The position numbers were made by a program, and so were the translations under genes. Shown one piece after another: positions 37,590 through 50,812 of a stretch of 64,000 nt of DNA (position 1 is the first letter of the stretch; each line of letters starts with the position of its first letter). The notes beneath the pieces are model-generated. The model was not told the DNA's origin and ran no database searches. It saw only the letters and a program-made list of their open reading frames with translations. Source of the stretch: Isurus oxyrinchus (taxonomy: Eukaryota); contig JANJGN010000016.1 of the NCBI GenBank assembly GCA_026770705.1, forward strand, positions 44,950,001 through 45,014,000. Reading direction: 5' to 3'.

Positions 37590-38700
37590 AAATGCAGCGC
37601 AAAAATCTAGGAGGTTTGTGGGGCTTGAGGATTTTGCAGAGATAGGAAGGGAATGGGACAATGAGGGATTTAAAAACAAGGGGCTGGATTTTGTTCCAGC
37701 GACGTGGGCCCCCACTACTACCGCCCACCTCCTGCCAATTAGAGAACCAGCGAAAACCATATGTTACTTGCAAGGGGGAGGCCTGACACAAACCATCTAA
37801 CGTCGGGCCTCTCACAGGATTAAGGCCTCTGGAGGGTGGAAATCCCACCCCTGAAAACTGCCAGCCGATCAGAGGCTGGCATCTCTCTATTGCAGGCAGT
37901 GCCAATGGGAGTGGTGTCTGCTGTTGGTAATGTGCTGAGGCCCAGCCCCAGGATTGACACTGGATCCCAGGGCAAGTGGTGATGGGAATTGTGGGGAGGG
38001 GGTCACCCGGGGGGGTGGGGGGGGTGGGGGGGGTGGTGGGGGGAGGGAAGGGAAGAGGGAATGGCTTTCAGCAACCCCCGCTTCCCGATGTCGGGTCCTT
38101 TGATCAGGAACAGAGCACCTGTCAATGAGAGCCCCCGCCTATGAGGTTGCAGTAAACCCAACAGGATTTGCTGGGTGGCCTTCAGGGGGCACAGGAAATT
38201 GTTCAAGTTCAAGAGAATCCCTGAGCTACCACTAAATTCTGGTGGGCTCAGGGATAATTGGCTCTAAATGACCCATTAATGAGCCTAATTCCTTTACTGG
38301 TGATGTTCGTGCATTGAGCCCTCCCCCCCCCCGACCTAATTGGGACAGTTTTCCTGGAATCCAATGTGGGTACCCCCACCAGCATGACCTCTCTGGCTGG
38401 CTCCACCAGATCCAGCCCAAGGTTTAGAATTTTTAAATCAAGACAAAGCCGGACTAGGAACCATTGTAGGTCAGCGAGAACAGTGGTGATTTAGTGAACA
38501 GGACTTGGTGCAAATTGAGTTAAGAGCAGCAGAGTTTTGAATGAGCTCAAGTTTATGGACAGTTCAAGCTGGGAGGCTGGCTAGGAGAATATTAGAGTAC
38601 TTGAGCATAGATGAGGATTTTAGCAGCAGGTATACTGAGGCAGGGTGGAGACACGTGATGCTGCAGAGGTGGAAACAAGTAGTCATGGTAACGATGATCT
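37590..38700 (-). mobile_element. L2 fragment split by a MITE
   Basis: gagggatttaaaaacaag | aaggtttagaatttttaaatcaagac is contiguous across the MITE. Confidence 0.7.
37681..38418. mobile_element. Harbinger-type MITE
   Basis: TIRs gggctggatt / agatccagccc; TSD AAG/AAG; homologous to 6007. Confidence 0.85.
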
Positions 38701-39302
38701 CCTGCAATGATAGCAAAGTTTAGCTCTCAGCTCAAAATATCAAAAGGACATAACAGCAGTTATCCTCCTTATATAATGTTTCACAGTAACTATGAATGTA
38801 TATACTTTACACCTGAATCAGATCAAAGTGTTTTTTTGGAAAATATCTAAACCAATGCAACCATTGCTAATTAACTGCCCAATTTGATGACTCACCACTG
38901 CTGTGAATTGTTTACAAAGGTAACATAATTATTTTTATTCTCCCCAAATCCTCTTATGGTGACCGTTTAAAGCTGCTCTGCTGAGGCAGACTGCTGTGAT
39001 AAATTCAATACAACTGTAGGACATGTTGCCATAGGAATATTATGTTCTTTAAATGCAACAAATTTAAATTATTTAATATTATTTAACACATTTACATCGC
39101 ATGTTCTTGAATACAAATAAATAAAAAAGCTGTTTACAAAAAGTTAAAGTGAATGAACTTTTGTTTGCCTAATCTATCCTATGAAATGTAATATGCAAAT
39201 ATTTTAATTGTAAGATCATTAAAGTGCATCATAAAGAATTTAATTAATTCAATTATAATGTTACTTGCTTTGAGCCAAGTGTCAATGGGACATATAAGCA
39301 CT

Positions 39303-40372
39303 TGGAATAAAAACAGAATATGCTTCAAATATTCAACAAATATTGCAGCATCTGTGGAGAGAGAAACAGAGTTAATGGGTTTGATTTAATCTCTGTGCAG
39401 GTCAATGGATTTGGAATGGGTTAAAATCACAGCCAATAGGCTGGATTTTGACACCCACCCCCTACCCCCCTCTGCCGAGCATGGTTTTAGTGGAGTGGAA
39501 CATAAAATATGATGGGTGGCTAACCCACTGCCATCCAGCCCACCCCCAACCTGATCCTCATAAAACAGTAGGTTGGCAGGCGCCAAAATTGGCAGCCTGA
39601 CTGCCATTTAAAAAATAATAATTAATAGGCAATTGAGTTTGTTTACAGGCCAGTTGACCCAAATATTATGTTGCTCACTCCATAATACATTTGGTGTGGG
39701 CAGACGGGTGGAAGTGTGTAGATTGTTTTTTGTTAACCAAACTGGTTAAAAAGCAGGCAGGAAAATGGTTATGTCCTCCAGGGATGCCCTGCACAACAAG
39801 GGCACCCCTCCAAAGACGTTTCCCCTTTGCCACTTCCCAGCTGGCCACCAAAACCCACCACCCCAACCTCCCATGCCCACCTCCCTAAGCTTCCTAATAC
39901 CCCCCTGTCCAATACCCCCAATTTACTGTTTCCAGGATCCATGTTGCCTTCATCCTACGGCCTGGTTGCAGTCCCAGTACTACCTACCACTGAGTTGAAG
40001 CATTGCTGGGGCTGTTAGAACTGCCAGCCAATCAGATTATCCAGCAACTCTCAAGGGCGGGACTTCTTCCCACTGATGGGCACCAACTTAATGGCCACCT
40101 GGAGGGCATTATGGTTGTGGGACGGCCTTATTTAACATCAGTTGGCTTGGGACCGACGTTTCTTCTGAGGGTTTGTACACCCCTCTACCCTTCCACCTCC
40201 GTAAAATTCAGCCCCATGTTTCACGATGTTGACATTTTGTTGGAACCTGCACAAGGACCTGGAACTAGTTTTCTCTTTCCAAATCTGGTGCCAGACCCGC
40301 TGAATGTTTCTAGCATGCTATTTTCTACTTTTATATGTGATTTCCGGCACCCACTGTATTTTGGTTTTGTAT
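39303..40372. mobile_element. Decayed Penelope-derived palindromic element interrupted by a MITE
   Basis: gcagcatctgtggagagagaaacagagttaat | gtttc ... tgccagacccgctgaatgtttctagca. Confidence 0.7.
39377..40214. mobile_element. Harbinger-type MITE (opposite orientation to 6007/37681)
   Basis: TIRs gggtttgattta / taaaattcagccc; TSD AAT/CAT (1 mismatch). Confidence 0.75.
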
Positions 40373-41569
40373 GTCAAAACTTGGCTCTGTTACACCGAGT
40401 GTTTATTGGTTATGAAGATTGGTAATTATGCTTGAGCAGATTGCTTTTTTCCCCAAAGACTGGCCTTCAAAACAGGTTGTTTTTCTCAAAGAGTTTTATA
40501 GGCATAAAATTCCCATATAGTTAATATATCAGCAATTGGGTTGATCTAGCTAAGGTGTGTAGAGGTAGAATATGGACTTATAGGTTTATGTGTATGTATA
40601 CTTCATAAAACCTATATCCATTTTATTTGAAAAAGAATCCAGCTATTTCTAAGAAAACATCAGTTTTATCAAAGTTTTCCAGGAAGTTTCAAAGGACCTA
40701 ATTTGTTTAATTAGTCTGCTTAACCCTTCATGAACTATCACCAAGCATTTTTTTTGGATTGATGTCAACACCTCATTCCTACCCTTCAGACTTGGCCAGA
40801 TTTCATTTCTGAGTACCTGGGCTGTTTAATGTGGTTCTAACCACATATCTGAATTGACATGATGTCTAGTGGAATTCCTAATATCTTCAGTAACATAAAG
40901 GATTCATTATTCACTTGGAGCAAGGAATTTAACACACATCCATAACTAAGCATGGCTCTTCTAATACATTTATTATCTGTAGAACTCACCAGCATCCAGC
41001 ATTACACATAGAATACATTGCACTCTGCATGACCCAATACAAGGATAAAGTAACGAGCTAGTTGATTTATTGGTACTATGAAGCAGTCTCACTAAATTCC
41101 AGTATAATAACAGATGCTAAACACAGCATGCCAAGCAGGAGAATCGGGTAATTTTGAAGATGACTACAGCAGCTTTGCAGGAGGTTGGGGGAGGAGTAGG
41201 AGAATTTCTATTATTTGTTCTCACAGGCTGCTGTGCAAGCTAAGTAGCAATTTTTGTCTCATCAAATCATTATGACAGAATGCACATTTTGGGGAGCAGC
41301 ACAGTTATGTTTTAATGATGATGTGAGAGGTTTTAACAAAACAATTGAAATCAGGTCAGAATGACAGAATTGCAATGAGGGTTTATTGACAAATTTACCA
41401 AATTATACAAAAGAACACTCAATCCAATATTCTTTCAAGAACAGAAATTCTGATCTTCCTCTACAACACATTTCACATATAGAATATTCCCTAACAAGAA
41501 ATTCAGAGTGAAGCTTGGAGCTATGGTAGAAAATGAGCAATTTTAAGGAGAGTCAAGAAAAAAGGAAGA

Positions 41570-41881
41570 CTTGGGGTTCATGCACGGGCTTCATCCATGA
41601 GTGGGGCAAGGATTCCTAAGGCTTTTACAAATTAAATGAAAACTTTTTTTGAAACATGTGCCATGGGACGTTTCATTAAATTTTTATTGTATTTATTTAT
41701 TTTTTTTAATAAAGCGCTTCAATCTCCCTGAGGCAGTTTTGTGCATGATCCACGCAGGGCGGGCGTAATTGACCCACCTGCATGAAATCACTGTGCAGAG
41801 CCGATTGAGGGCAGCGGTCAGCTCTGTGATCGCCCCCGTCCACTCCTGCCAAAACCACCCGACAAATGGAAAATCCTGGCC
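41570..41881. mobile_element. Partial Harbinger MITE (right half, hairpin subfamily)
   Basis: agcgcttcaatctccctgaggcag shared with 30701-30724; ends aaatcctggcc. Confidence 0.75.
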
Positions 41882-41882
41882 T

Positions 41883-42192
41883 TACATTTATATAACACTT
41901 TTCATAACCACCGGATATCTCAAGGTACTTTAGAGTCAATGAAGTACTTTTTGAAGTGCAGTCACTATTATAATGTAGAAAATGCAGTAGTGCACAGCAA
42001 ACTGCCACAAACAGCAATGAGACAAGGACCAGATAATCTGTTTTTTTTATGTTGATCGAGGGATAAATATTGGAAACACTGGCCAGAATAACGGGGGTAA
42101 CCCCCTTGCTCTTCTTTGAAATAGTGACAATGGGATCTTTTACCATCCATCCAAGCACACTGATGTGGTCTCGCTTTAACATCTCATCCAAA
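41883..42192 (-). mobile_element. Deu-domain SINE, partial
   Basis: Same core as 10109 and 34047. Confidence 0.8.
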
Positions 42193-42199
42193 ACAGAGT

Positions 42200-42498
42200 G
42201 CAGCTAAAACAACACTCAAAACGTTCTACACCAATCAGGACAAAGCACCTCGATTGACTGGCACTTCCATCCACCACCTTAAATATCAGTTCCTCCACCA
42301 CTTGTGCACAGTAGCAGCAGTGTGTATTATGTACAAGATACACTGCAGCAATTTGCCTGGGCTTCTTCAACAGCATCTTCCAAACCCATGACATCTTACC
42401 CCCGCTCCAGAAGAACATGGGCAGCAAGCTCTTGGGACCACAATCACTTGCAAGTTCCCATCTAAGGCACACACTATTCTGACTTGAAAATATACCAC
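42200..42498 (+). mobile_element. CR1-group LINE family B 3' fragment
   Basis: Homologous to 46860-47140. Confidence 0.75.
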
Positions 42499-42499
42499 C

Positions 42500-42668
42500 T
42501 AAATGAGAGCCTGCCTGCCATCGAAATGGTATGTTGCCTGGGAATGCATGATTAATGAGACAGGATTGGGACAACACGGCATGAAAAGCTGCCATTGTGG
42601 CCAGCAGGAAAAACATTCGCTTTCGCGCCTGCTACTGCACTTAGTGCAAATCTGGGACCATTCCGCCC
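42500..42668 (-). mobile_element. Terminal fragment of the 22893-type Harbinger element
   Basis: Reverse complement aligns with 22893-23060 (cccagatttgcacta.gtgcagtagcagg..cccaatcctg.ctc.ttaatcatgc). Confidence 0.8.
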
Positions 42669-44734
42669 TAAGGATTAAGTTACTGAAAGCCTACACTGTT
42701 GGAGTGCTGTGCAACGCAAGAGGAAATAAATAGTGTGAGTGTTTTACACAGAGGAGAAAATAAAATTACTTTTTGGAATCATTAAATGTACATGAGTACA
42801 AAGATCCACACCTAGACCCAAATTGCAAATTAGATTTTGACTAAATGTGATTATTCTACATACATATTAAACATTTTACCACATTCTAATTTATGAGAAC
42901 TCTGTTATTTCCCTTTGGACAGCTGCAGTTTTTTTGCTTTTCTTTTACATTTAATGATAAACTTTTCAAATTCCATAAGCATCTACATATAAAGGACACA
43001 TTTCAGACCTGAAGCCTGTAATCTGCAAAAAATACATAGCAGTTTTCTGGCATGTCAAAGCCTTCATCAGGAGCATTGAGTATTTACTCATGTTTAGTCA
43101 ACACTGATTCCACTTCTCCAGAAACTTTGCAGAATGATAAATTTTAATCCCCTGAAAGCTGGAATAAGCTACAACAAATCATTGAAGAGCAAATAGATAT
43201 TGCAACAACTGCTTGATATTTTAACTTGGTACTAAGGAATTGTCAATAGGAAAGGCCTGCTAAATTCTGATTCACGGCTCATATTCCATTTTGATTCACG
43301 CACTGCTTTTAAATGATTGTGGTCAATGATTCTGTTTGGCCTCAGCTCTCTTGTGCCAGAATTTGCCATTCTGGCCCCTCTGTTGATTGAAAGGGATTAA
43401 GGAGGGATTAGCTAGGGTTACGGTGGGTTCTCTGGTGGACAGAGGTTTAACCAGCTGGAGAATCTAATTCTGCAGAAACAGAAAATCTAGGCCTACACTT
43501 CTGCATTAATACCTTAACTTCTGGCAGGTTTGAACCCAATACACTTCTTAAATTAAAGACAAAGAAAATAGTATCTACATTTCAATTGGCTTTCCAGCTA
43601 TTCCAGATAAGAAATCAGTGACTTACTACTACTAGAGGTTAATATGTTTCCTACCTTACTTATGTTAAAGTAAGGGAATAAAGCCTGCTCTGTTTAATTA
43701 GAAGACACCTTATTTTTTAAAAAAACAGTTAACCTGCAACGTAACAGTTTAATGAATGGTACACAATATATTACATGAACACAAATGCTGAACATTTTTC
43801 CAAACTGAGAAATTTTTGTTGATTATCTGTGTTCTGTACGGGTGAAGCTTATTTTAAAAAAAGCCAATTTCATCTTCAGACTTAGAATGAGATAAAATTT
43901 CAAGCAGTTTACCACCAGCCACCCAGTTGTTCGTGCTTTCTATAAGAACAGCATCTGTGCTTGGACTTGATTACATAGTAGTCTTTGAGACTACTGATCC
44001 CAAGATGCCAAAACGGGGCCAGCTCCAAATTATTTGGAGAACTCATTTGCCTTCTCCACCAAGATGAGGCAAGGTAGTTCGGATGGCTAATTGATTCAAT
44101 GCTGGGACAAGCTGATATGTGCATCCTCTTCCACTGCCTACACAATTTCGATTGTGATTCTACTCATTTTTTCAGAACATGGAAAAATTGGTGGGAGCTG
44201 TGTTACATTTCTGTGCTGTTACTTCCTTCATTTCTTCAGGATGACCTTTCACATAGTGGATGACTGTTTATTTAACTCAATGGAGTTGGACTTGTACTTC
44301 TGGCTAACCATGTTCTCAAGCTGTTCTCTCTCTCTCTCCACTTAACAAAACACTGCAACCAGGTGGCATTCTCAACGCTTTATACTGAATTTACAATGGT
44401 CAGCACATTTCATTGGTTGCAGCTTGATATCAATTTGAATTCAAACTCTAATTATCTATACTTTTTCAGTATGAACGAAATAATTAATTTTAATGCATTT
44501 TTAATGGGAGCTGTATTTAGCACATTTGTTTTCAACGAATGGACAATTATACACAAAACAGAGATCACTGTATTGTATTAAACATAATTAATATTAATGT
44601 GATAAATCTCTTAGGTTCCTAACAGATAGAATGTGACTTGAATACAAATGTTATACACAATGCTCCCTTGTTCACTAGTCTTCACCTGTAATCTTTAGTC
44701 ACTGAGCAGCCATTTCAAATGCAAAATAAAAAGT

Positions 44735-44858
44735 TCCAAAGAGACTTGAAACATTAACTCTGTTTCTCTCTCCACAGATACTACCAGACCTGCTAGGCTT
44801 TTCCAGCACCTTGTTTTTATTTCAGGTCTCCAGCATCCACAGTATTTTACTTTCATTT
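44735..44858 (+). mobile_element. Single arm of the Penelope-derived short element (3' half of the hammerhead motif)
   Basis: gacttgaaacattaactctgtttctctctccacagatactaccagacctgc. Confidence 0.75.
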
Positions 44859-45180
44859 CAGATACGAACCCTGGTCAATATTCTTTCCATAGCCCAGTGA
44901 GGACAATTGTAGTGCCCCTGTTGCTATTCAGATTAATTCACACTAATTTAAACAATCCAACGAACCAAGTAACTCCCTGACCTATACAGCTCAGTACCAC
45001 ATTTTCAACAAAATTGTTAGAATATTAACTTGCAGCTTTAATTTTTGAGATTGCATTTGTTGCGTGCAAGCTCCATTTTCCTTCCATAAAACTTTGATGC
45101 ACCAAACAAAAACAGCAATAACTTATGTTTATATAACATTAACACAGTAAAACATCCCAAGGCATTTTCATGACTTTATC

Positions 45181-48100
45181 TGTTACGTTCCTGCTGTCGG
45201 GCCACTTTGCTCAGTGAACACGGTTGCACACCTATCTACTGGTGAGTGAGTTGGTAAACAAGATACTGCAAAAACAGAGACCAATGCAAGATGAAGTACA
45301 TGCTGTTTATTAACACAAGTAACAGAGCACTAACACATGTACTTCTCAAACCAGACCCTATTCTAAACTATTGATTAACATTATAGCCGGTGCTACACAG
45401 CAATTGGGTAATACGGTCACGTGGTCAATCTGCTCACATTCCCTTAAAGGTGTATTGCACCTCAGGTTACCACATCCTTCCCTTTTTACTCGAAAATACA
45501 ATTTACAATCTTTACAATATATCAAGTATTTACATAAATAAGCTACTTACAAATTCAGTCTCTCTGGAGGCTTCTTCAAAAGTGTCGAACGTCGCAGTTC
45601 TCTGACTTTGGATGAGTTATCCAAGGCCTCCCTCTCAGGAGTCATCTGTTCACTAGGCTCTCCAGTAGGGTCCTGTAAATTTGCTTCTTCGACTCTCTCA
45701 GGCTCGATGGATCCTGCAGGTACTCCCAAACCAAGGGGAGTTCCTTCCACATGTGGTGTAGATTCTGACGGGAATGCTTGGCCCATCCTTTCTTGTGGAT
45801 CTGTTTCCCTTTTCCTGAGGTGTTCTACGTATTTCTTAATTATCCGACCTTTGACCGATATGTGATAGGAAAGGGGTCCTGACACAGCACTAACTACACC
45901 TGCAGCCAATGGTTTGGCCAAACGGGAAATCCTGACCTTCAAGTCTGGAATGTAAAAACTGAATGGAGACTCTATTGCAACTAGATCATCGCATTTTCTA
46001 CTCAGCTATAGGACTATGCCAGACACGGCCACTGGTATTTTCCCCGCAGAGTTATTGATGAAGAGATGTCTAAGGACATTTGAACCCATCTCGAAAGTTC
46101 TTTGCAAAAACTGTGTCTCCAACAGTGAAATTTCTTTCATGACTGTGGTAATTGTGTCCATTTTTCTGGGCCTCCTGACTTACCTCTACTCTCCTTTCTA
46201 AATTTGGTGTTATGAGACTCAAATGTGTCCTTAGACATCTCTTCATCAATAACTCTGTCATGGACAGATGCATCTGCGGCACACAGGTTGTAGGAGGTCA
46301 GTCATCTCAGCTCCAGAACATCACTGCAGGGGTTCCTCAGATAATGTCCTTGGCCCAACCATCTTCAGCTGCTTTATCAATGACCTATCTTCCATCATAA
46401 GGTCAGAAGTGGGAATGTTCACCAATGCTTGCATGATATTCAACACCATTCGCAACTCCTTAGATACTGAAGCAGTCCATGTCCAAATGCAGAAAGACCT
46501 GGTCAATATCCAGGCTTGGGCTGACAAGTGACAAGTAACATTCACGCCACACAAGTGTCAGGCAATGACCACCTCCAACAAGAGAGAATCCAACCATTGC
46601 TCCTTGAAGTTCAATGGCATTGCCATCACTGAATCCTCCACTATCAAATCCTGGGGGTTACCATTGACCTGGTAACTGGTAACCAGAAACTGAACTGGAC
46701 TAGCCGTATAAATACTGTGGCTACAAGAGCAGGTCAGAGGCTAGGAATTGTGCGACAAGGAACCCACCTCCTGATTCCCCAAAGCCTGTCCACCATCTGC
46801 AAGGCACAAGTCAGGAATGTGATGGCATTCTCCCCGCTTGTCTGGATGAGTTCAGCTCCCACAACACTCAAGAAGCTTTACACTATCCAGGACAAGAGCA
46901 GCTCGCCTGATTGGCACCACATCCACAAATATTCACTCCCTCCACCACCAACGCACAGTGGCAGCAGTGCGTACCATCTACATGATGCATGCAGGAATTC
47001 ACCAAGGCTCCTTTGACAGTACCTTCCAAATCCACAACCACTACCATCTAGAAGGACAAGGACAGCAGATAGATGGGAACACCACCACCTATAAGTTCCC
47101 CTCCAAGTCACTCACCATCCTGACTAGAAAATATATCACCGTTCCTTCACTGACGCTGGGTCAAAATCCTGGAACTCCCTTCCTAACAGCACTGTGGGTG
47201 CACCTACACCACGCGGATTGCAGCAGTTCAAGAAGGCACCTCTCCGCCACCTTCTCAAGGGCAATTGGGGATGCAAATAAATGCTGGTCCAGCCAGCGAC
47301 ATCCACATCCCATGAATGAATGAGAAAAAAGACTTTGGCTCGTTAGACCATCCCTGTAAGACTTGTTCCCTTACATGAGACAAAACTGGATTGTGGTCTG
47401 TCCACTCTCTAATTTGTTTAGCATGTACTGGTGATGAATCCAGAAAGTTTAATAACAAGACAAGTTCTTGAGGAATTGGGACATTCACATTGCTGTCTTT
47501 TAGAGGTAACCGGCTCAGTGCATCGGCATTTGCAATCTGGATTCCCGGCTGGTGGATAAAAGTATATTCGTAAGCAGCTGGAATCAGTGCCCACCTTTGG
47601 ATGTGTGCAGAGGCAATTGGGTGTATTGCCTAATCTTCCCTAAACAAGCCTAGTAGTGGACTGTGATTGGATACAATGGTGAAATGGCAACCATGGATGT
47701 ATTGGTGGAACTTCTTAACACTGAGTACAATGGATAAGCCTTCTTTCTCTATTTGTGAGCAACACTGCAACACTGCAGTTCGTTCTGCAGCACTGAATGT
47801 TCTTGATTCGCTATCTGGTGGGAGAGTACTGCCCCTATTCCATACGGAGATGCATCGCAGGTCAAAGTTAATTCTTTCTTTGGGTCGAAATTTACCAACA
47901 GGGCCGAATGTAGCAACTGCTTTACTGTCATAAAAGTCTGTTGTTGTGGAGCTTGCCAAGTCCACCTGTGGTTTGCCTTGAGCAAAGTGTATAATGGAGC
48001 CAGTGCTGCTGACAAATTTGGGAGAAAACGGCCATAATACTTAATTATTCCCAAGAAGGACATGAGTTCCATGGTGTTTTTCAGTGCTGGCGCCTCACGA

Positions 48101-49356
48101 ATTGCTCTCACTTTGTCTTCTGCTGGGTGAAGGCCCTGCGAGTCGACCCTTTGACCCAGGTAAATTACTTATTTTGCTTGGAAGATATATTTTTCTTTTT
48201 TTAAATTTACTCCAGCTAGAAACACTGCAATACCTCTTCCATGTTAGCCAGGTATTCTTCATCAGTTAGTCCTGTTACTAAGACATCATCGAGATCAACC
48301 ACAATATGGGGCAAATCCAATGTCTGTTAGAAAATGGCAAAAACCGATGAGACTCCGAAGGGTAACTTGGTATACTGGCATAACCCCCAATGTGTGTTGA
48401 TAGTTACAAAATCCCAAATAGTCTTTACTGGCTTGGCTTGCTGGTAAGCGTGGCTCATGTCGAATTTCGTATATGGGGTCCCCCTGACAGCTTGGAGCAC
48501 AATTCTTCAATTTTTTGGTATAGAATGCCTGTCAAGTCTGGCCACTTTGTTAACGGTCAACTTGTAGTCTCTGCATATTTGCACACTCTAGTCAGGTTTT
48601 AGTGCTAGAACTATGGGTGCTGCCCATTCAGAAAATTGTACAAGTTATAAGACTCCCAACCTTTACAGCCTGTCTAATTCAACATCAACTTTTTCTCATA
48701 ATGCAGAGGAAACTGGCCTCGCCCTCAAGAATCTGGGATATGACCTGGGATCCATATGGATTTTAGCTCACAGCTCCTGAAGCTTCCCAAGCTCTTCCCT
48801 GAAAACAGAGGCATATTTCTGTAATAATTCTTGCAGATCTTTCATTCTGAGTTGAAAAATCTTGGTCCACTCCAACTTTATTTCCTCAAGCCAGTTCCTC
48901 CAAGTAGACTTGGACCCTCCCCTGCTACCTCTATCAGGGATGATTTAACAGACCTATTTCCATACTGTACTGACAAGGTACAGCTGATTTACTCCTGTTG
49001 AATTTCTGCGGTTTCCTTTGGTGTCATGGACTGGTTGTGCTCTGCCTCGTCACCAGTTATGTTTTTCTTGTCAGGTCATTTTGCTCAGTGAACATGGTTG
49101 CACGCCTAGCTACTGGTGAGTGAGTTGGTAAACAAGATACTGCAGATGCAGAGACCAATGCAAGATGAAGCACATGCTGGTTATTTACACAAGTAACAAG
49201 TAGCAGAGCACTAACACATGTGCTTCTCCAACCAGGCCCTATTCTAAACTACTGGTTAACATTGTAGCCCGCGCTACACACAGCATTGGGTAATATTTTC
49301 ACGTGGTCAGTCTGCTCACATTCTCTTAAAAGTGTACTGCACCTCAGGTTACCACA
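45181..49356 (-). mobile_element. Gypsy/Ty3 LTR retrotransposon provirus, internally deleted
   Basis: LTRs 45181-45474 and ~49055-49356; TSD TTATC/TTATC; PBS tggtgacgag; PPT aaaagggaagga; RT/RNase H (FLGIIKYYGRFLPNL, LTCDASPYGIGAVLSH, SQIEKEGLSIV); IN C-terminus KKPPERLNL. Confidence 0.95.
46285..47330 (+). mobile_element. CR1-group LINE family B (5'-truncated) nested in the Gypsy element
   Basis: VLGPTIFSCFINDL; NIQAWADK; ATRAGQRLGI; tail catgaatgaatgagaaaaaa. Confidence 0.92.
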
Positions 49357-50404
49357 TTATCATAACAGATTTAACCATTGGAATTTCTTTAAAAATGCAG
49401 CATCACAAAGTAATAGCATGATGCCAATTTTCAGCACACAAGGTGGAAGAAATTTGGGTGTAGGTGACTTTTGGAAGTTTTGAATCTAAGCCAGGATTTC
49501 CCCATCTTTGTCATGAATTTAGTGAAACTCATTCCAAAACCCTCTGCTGCTCATTAACAGAATTCTGCCCTCCATGTGGAATTATGCAGTACCCTGCATT
49601 TATGTTAGTCCTGAATACGTGTAAGTTTATGCCTATTATTTTAATCAGGTCTTTCTGGTGATTTCTGATGATTTTAAAAGATTTTTTATGTTGTTTTCCC
49701 TGCTAGTAAAAAGACAATGGTTTTTATGTTCTGGGTTATGTCAATGAGATTATCTGGAAATTTCCGCCTAAATTGGCTGTTCCACTGTTTGAAGAAACTG
49801 TGAGCCAACATTTACACAATTGTACTTTTTGTAAGAAAATTAAGACTCAAAATGAAACATTTCAACTGATTCTACAATTATTCTGAATGATGAAGCTGTA
49901 GCTGATAAGGACTGGCAATGTCTCACATCCAAAGACCTATGTTCCTCAACATGCAACAACAATTTACTGGATGTCTGCTGAGTAGGCTTGGCATTTCATG
50001 AATGGAAAATTGTACACAACAGGTGCCTGCATGCCCTGGCTAGACATAGTATTAATTTGTCTGAATTTAATAGTAAAAGGGCATTGTTTATAATTGGTTG
50101 TGAAACCTCCCTGAAAGGGCAAATAAAGTTCAATCTATATGTCACAGAAATTACAACTGTTTTGATTTTTACAGTGGACTCTACAGGAGCTACAGTGTAC
50201 TGTAATTATATGCTATTCTGCAGAGTGATGGTCAATGTAAAGATTAATGTCTACAAAATCACAGTTGACAAAGGGTGAAAAGTTTGATTATATTACAGGC
50301 TTTATAATTAACATCTGTTGAGGTTTATATTACTGTCCAGTCTAGTTGATATTTTGCTCGTGGTGTGCTACAGTTCACTCAGGAAGTTCAGGTTGCTGTG
50401 GCAA

Positions 50405-50633
50405 CATACACTTTTTACAAGCATGGTGTAGTCTGGAGTAGTGATGGTAGAGATGTGAACTTTCTTTCTATCACATGGTTGATCAGGAACGTCTCTTGCT
50501 CTTGCCATTGGCGTGTGGAAGGATTTGCAGGTTGATACTCAACCCATTTGGCCACCAAGTCCTGGGATGAGTCTCAAACCCAGAGCTTCTGGCTCAGAGG
50601 CAGGGACATTAACCACTATGCCAAAAGACCTCT
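50405..50633 (-). mobile_element. tRNA-derived SINE (head shared with 60670-60735)
   Basis: tcctgggatgagtctcaaacccagagcttctggctcagaggcagggac; B-box-like motif on the minus strand. Confidence 0.55.
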
Positions 50634-50812
50634 GTACGATGTTTGTAAGCAAGGCAAAAATAATTCAACTAATTTGCTTATCAAATAAACTAAGCTACAT
50701 AAAACAGTTTGCATTTATCTAGTGTGTTTAACACGGTAAAATATTGCATTTTTTCTTCTTCTGGATCTAGTCTTTGTATGAGTATTAGTGCTTATGAGTC
50801 GAGCAAGACATT

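Noticed and set aside
38008-38050. Long G-runs (also ~32765, ~53405 and the C-run at 28372) as G-quadruplex signals
   Set aside because: Low-complexity tracts inside repeats, prone to slippage and sequencing error; no evidence of function
43355-43493. Possible further mini-MITE (also ~49490-49768)
   Set aside because: TIR match too imperfect and no clear TSD
43909-44345. ORFs on both strands in non-repeat-looking DNA
   Set aside because: No recognisable motif, stops in the extended frames, no convincing splice pair
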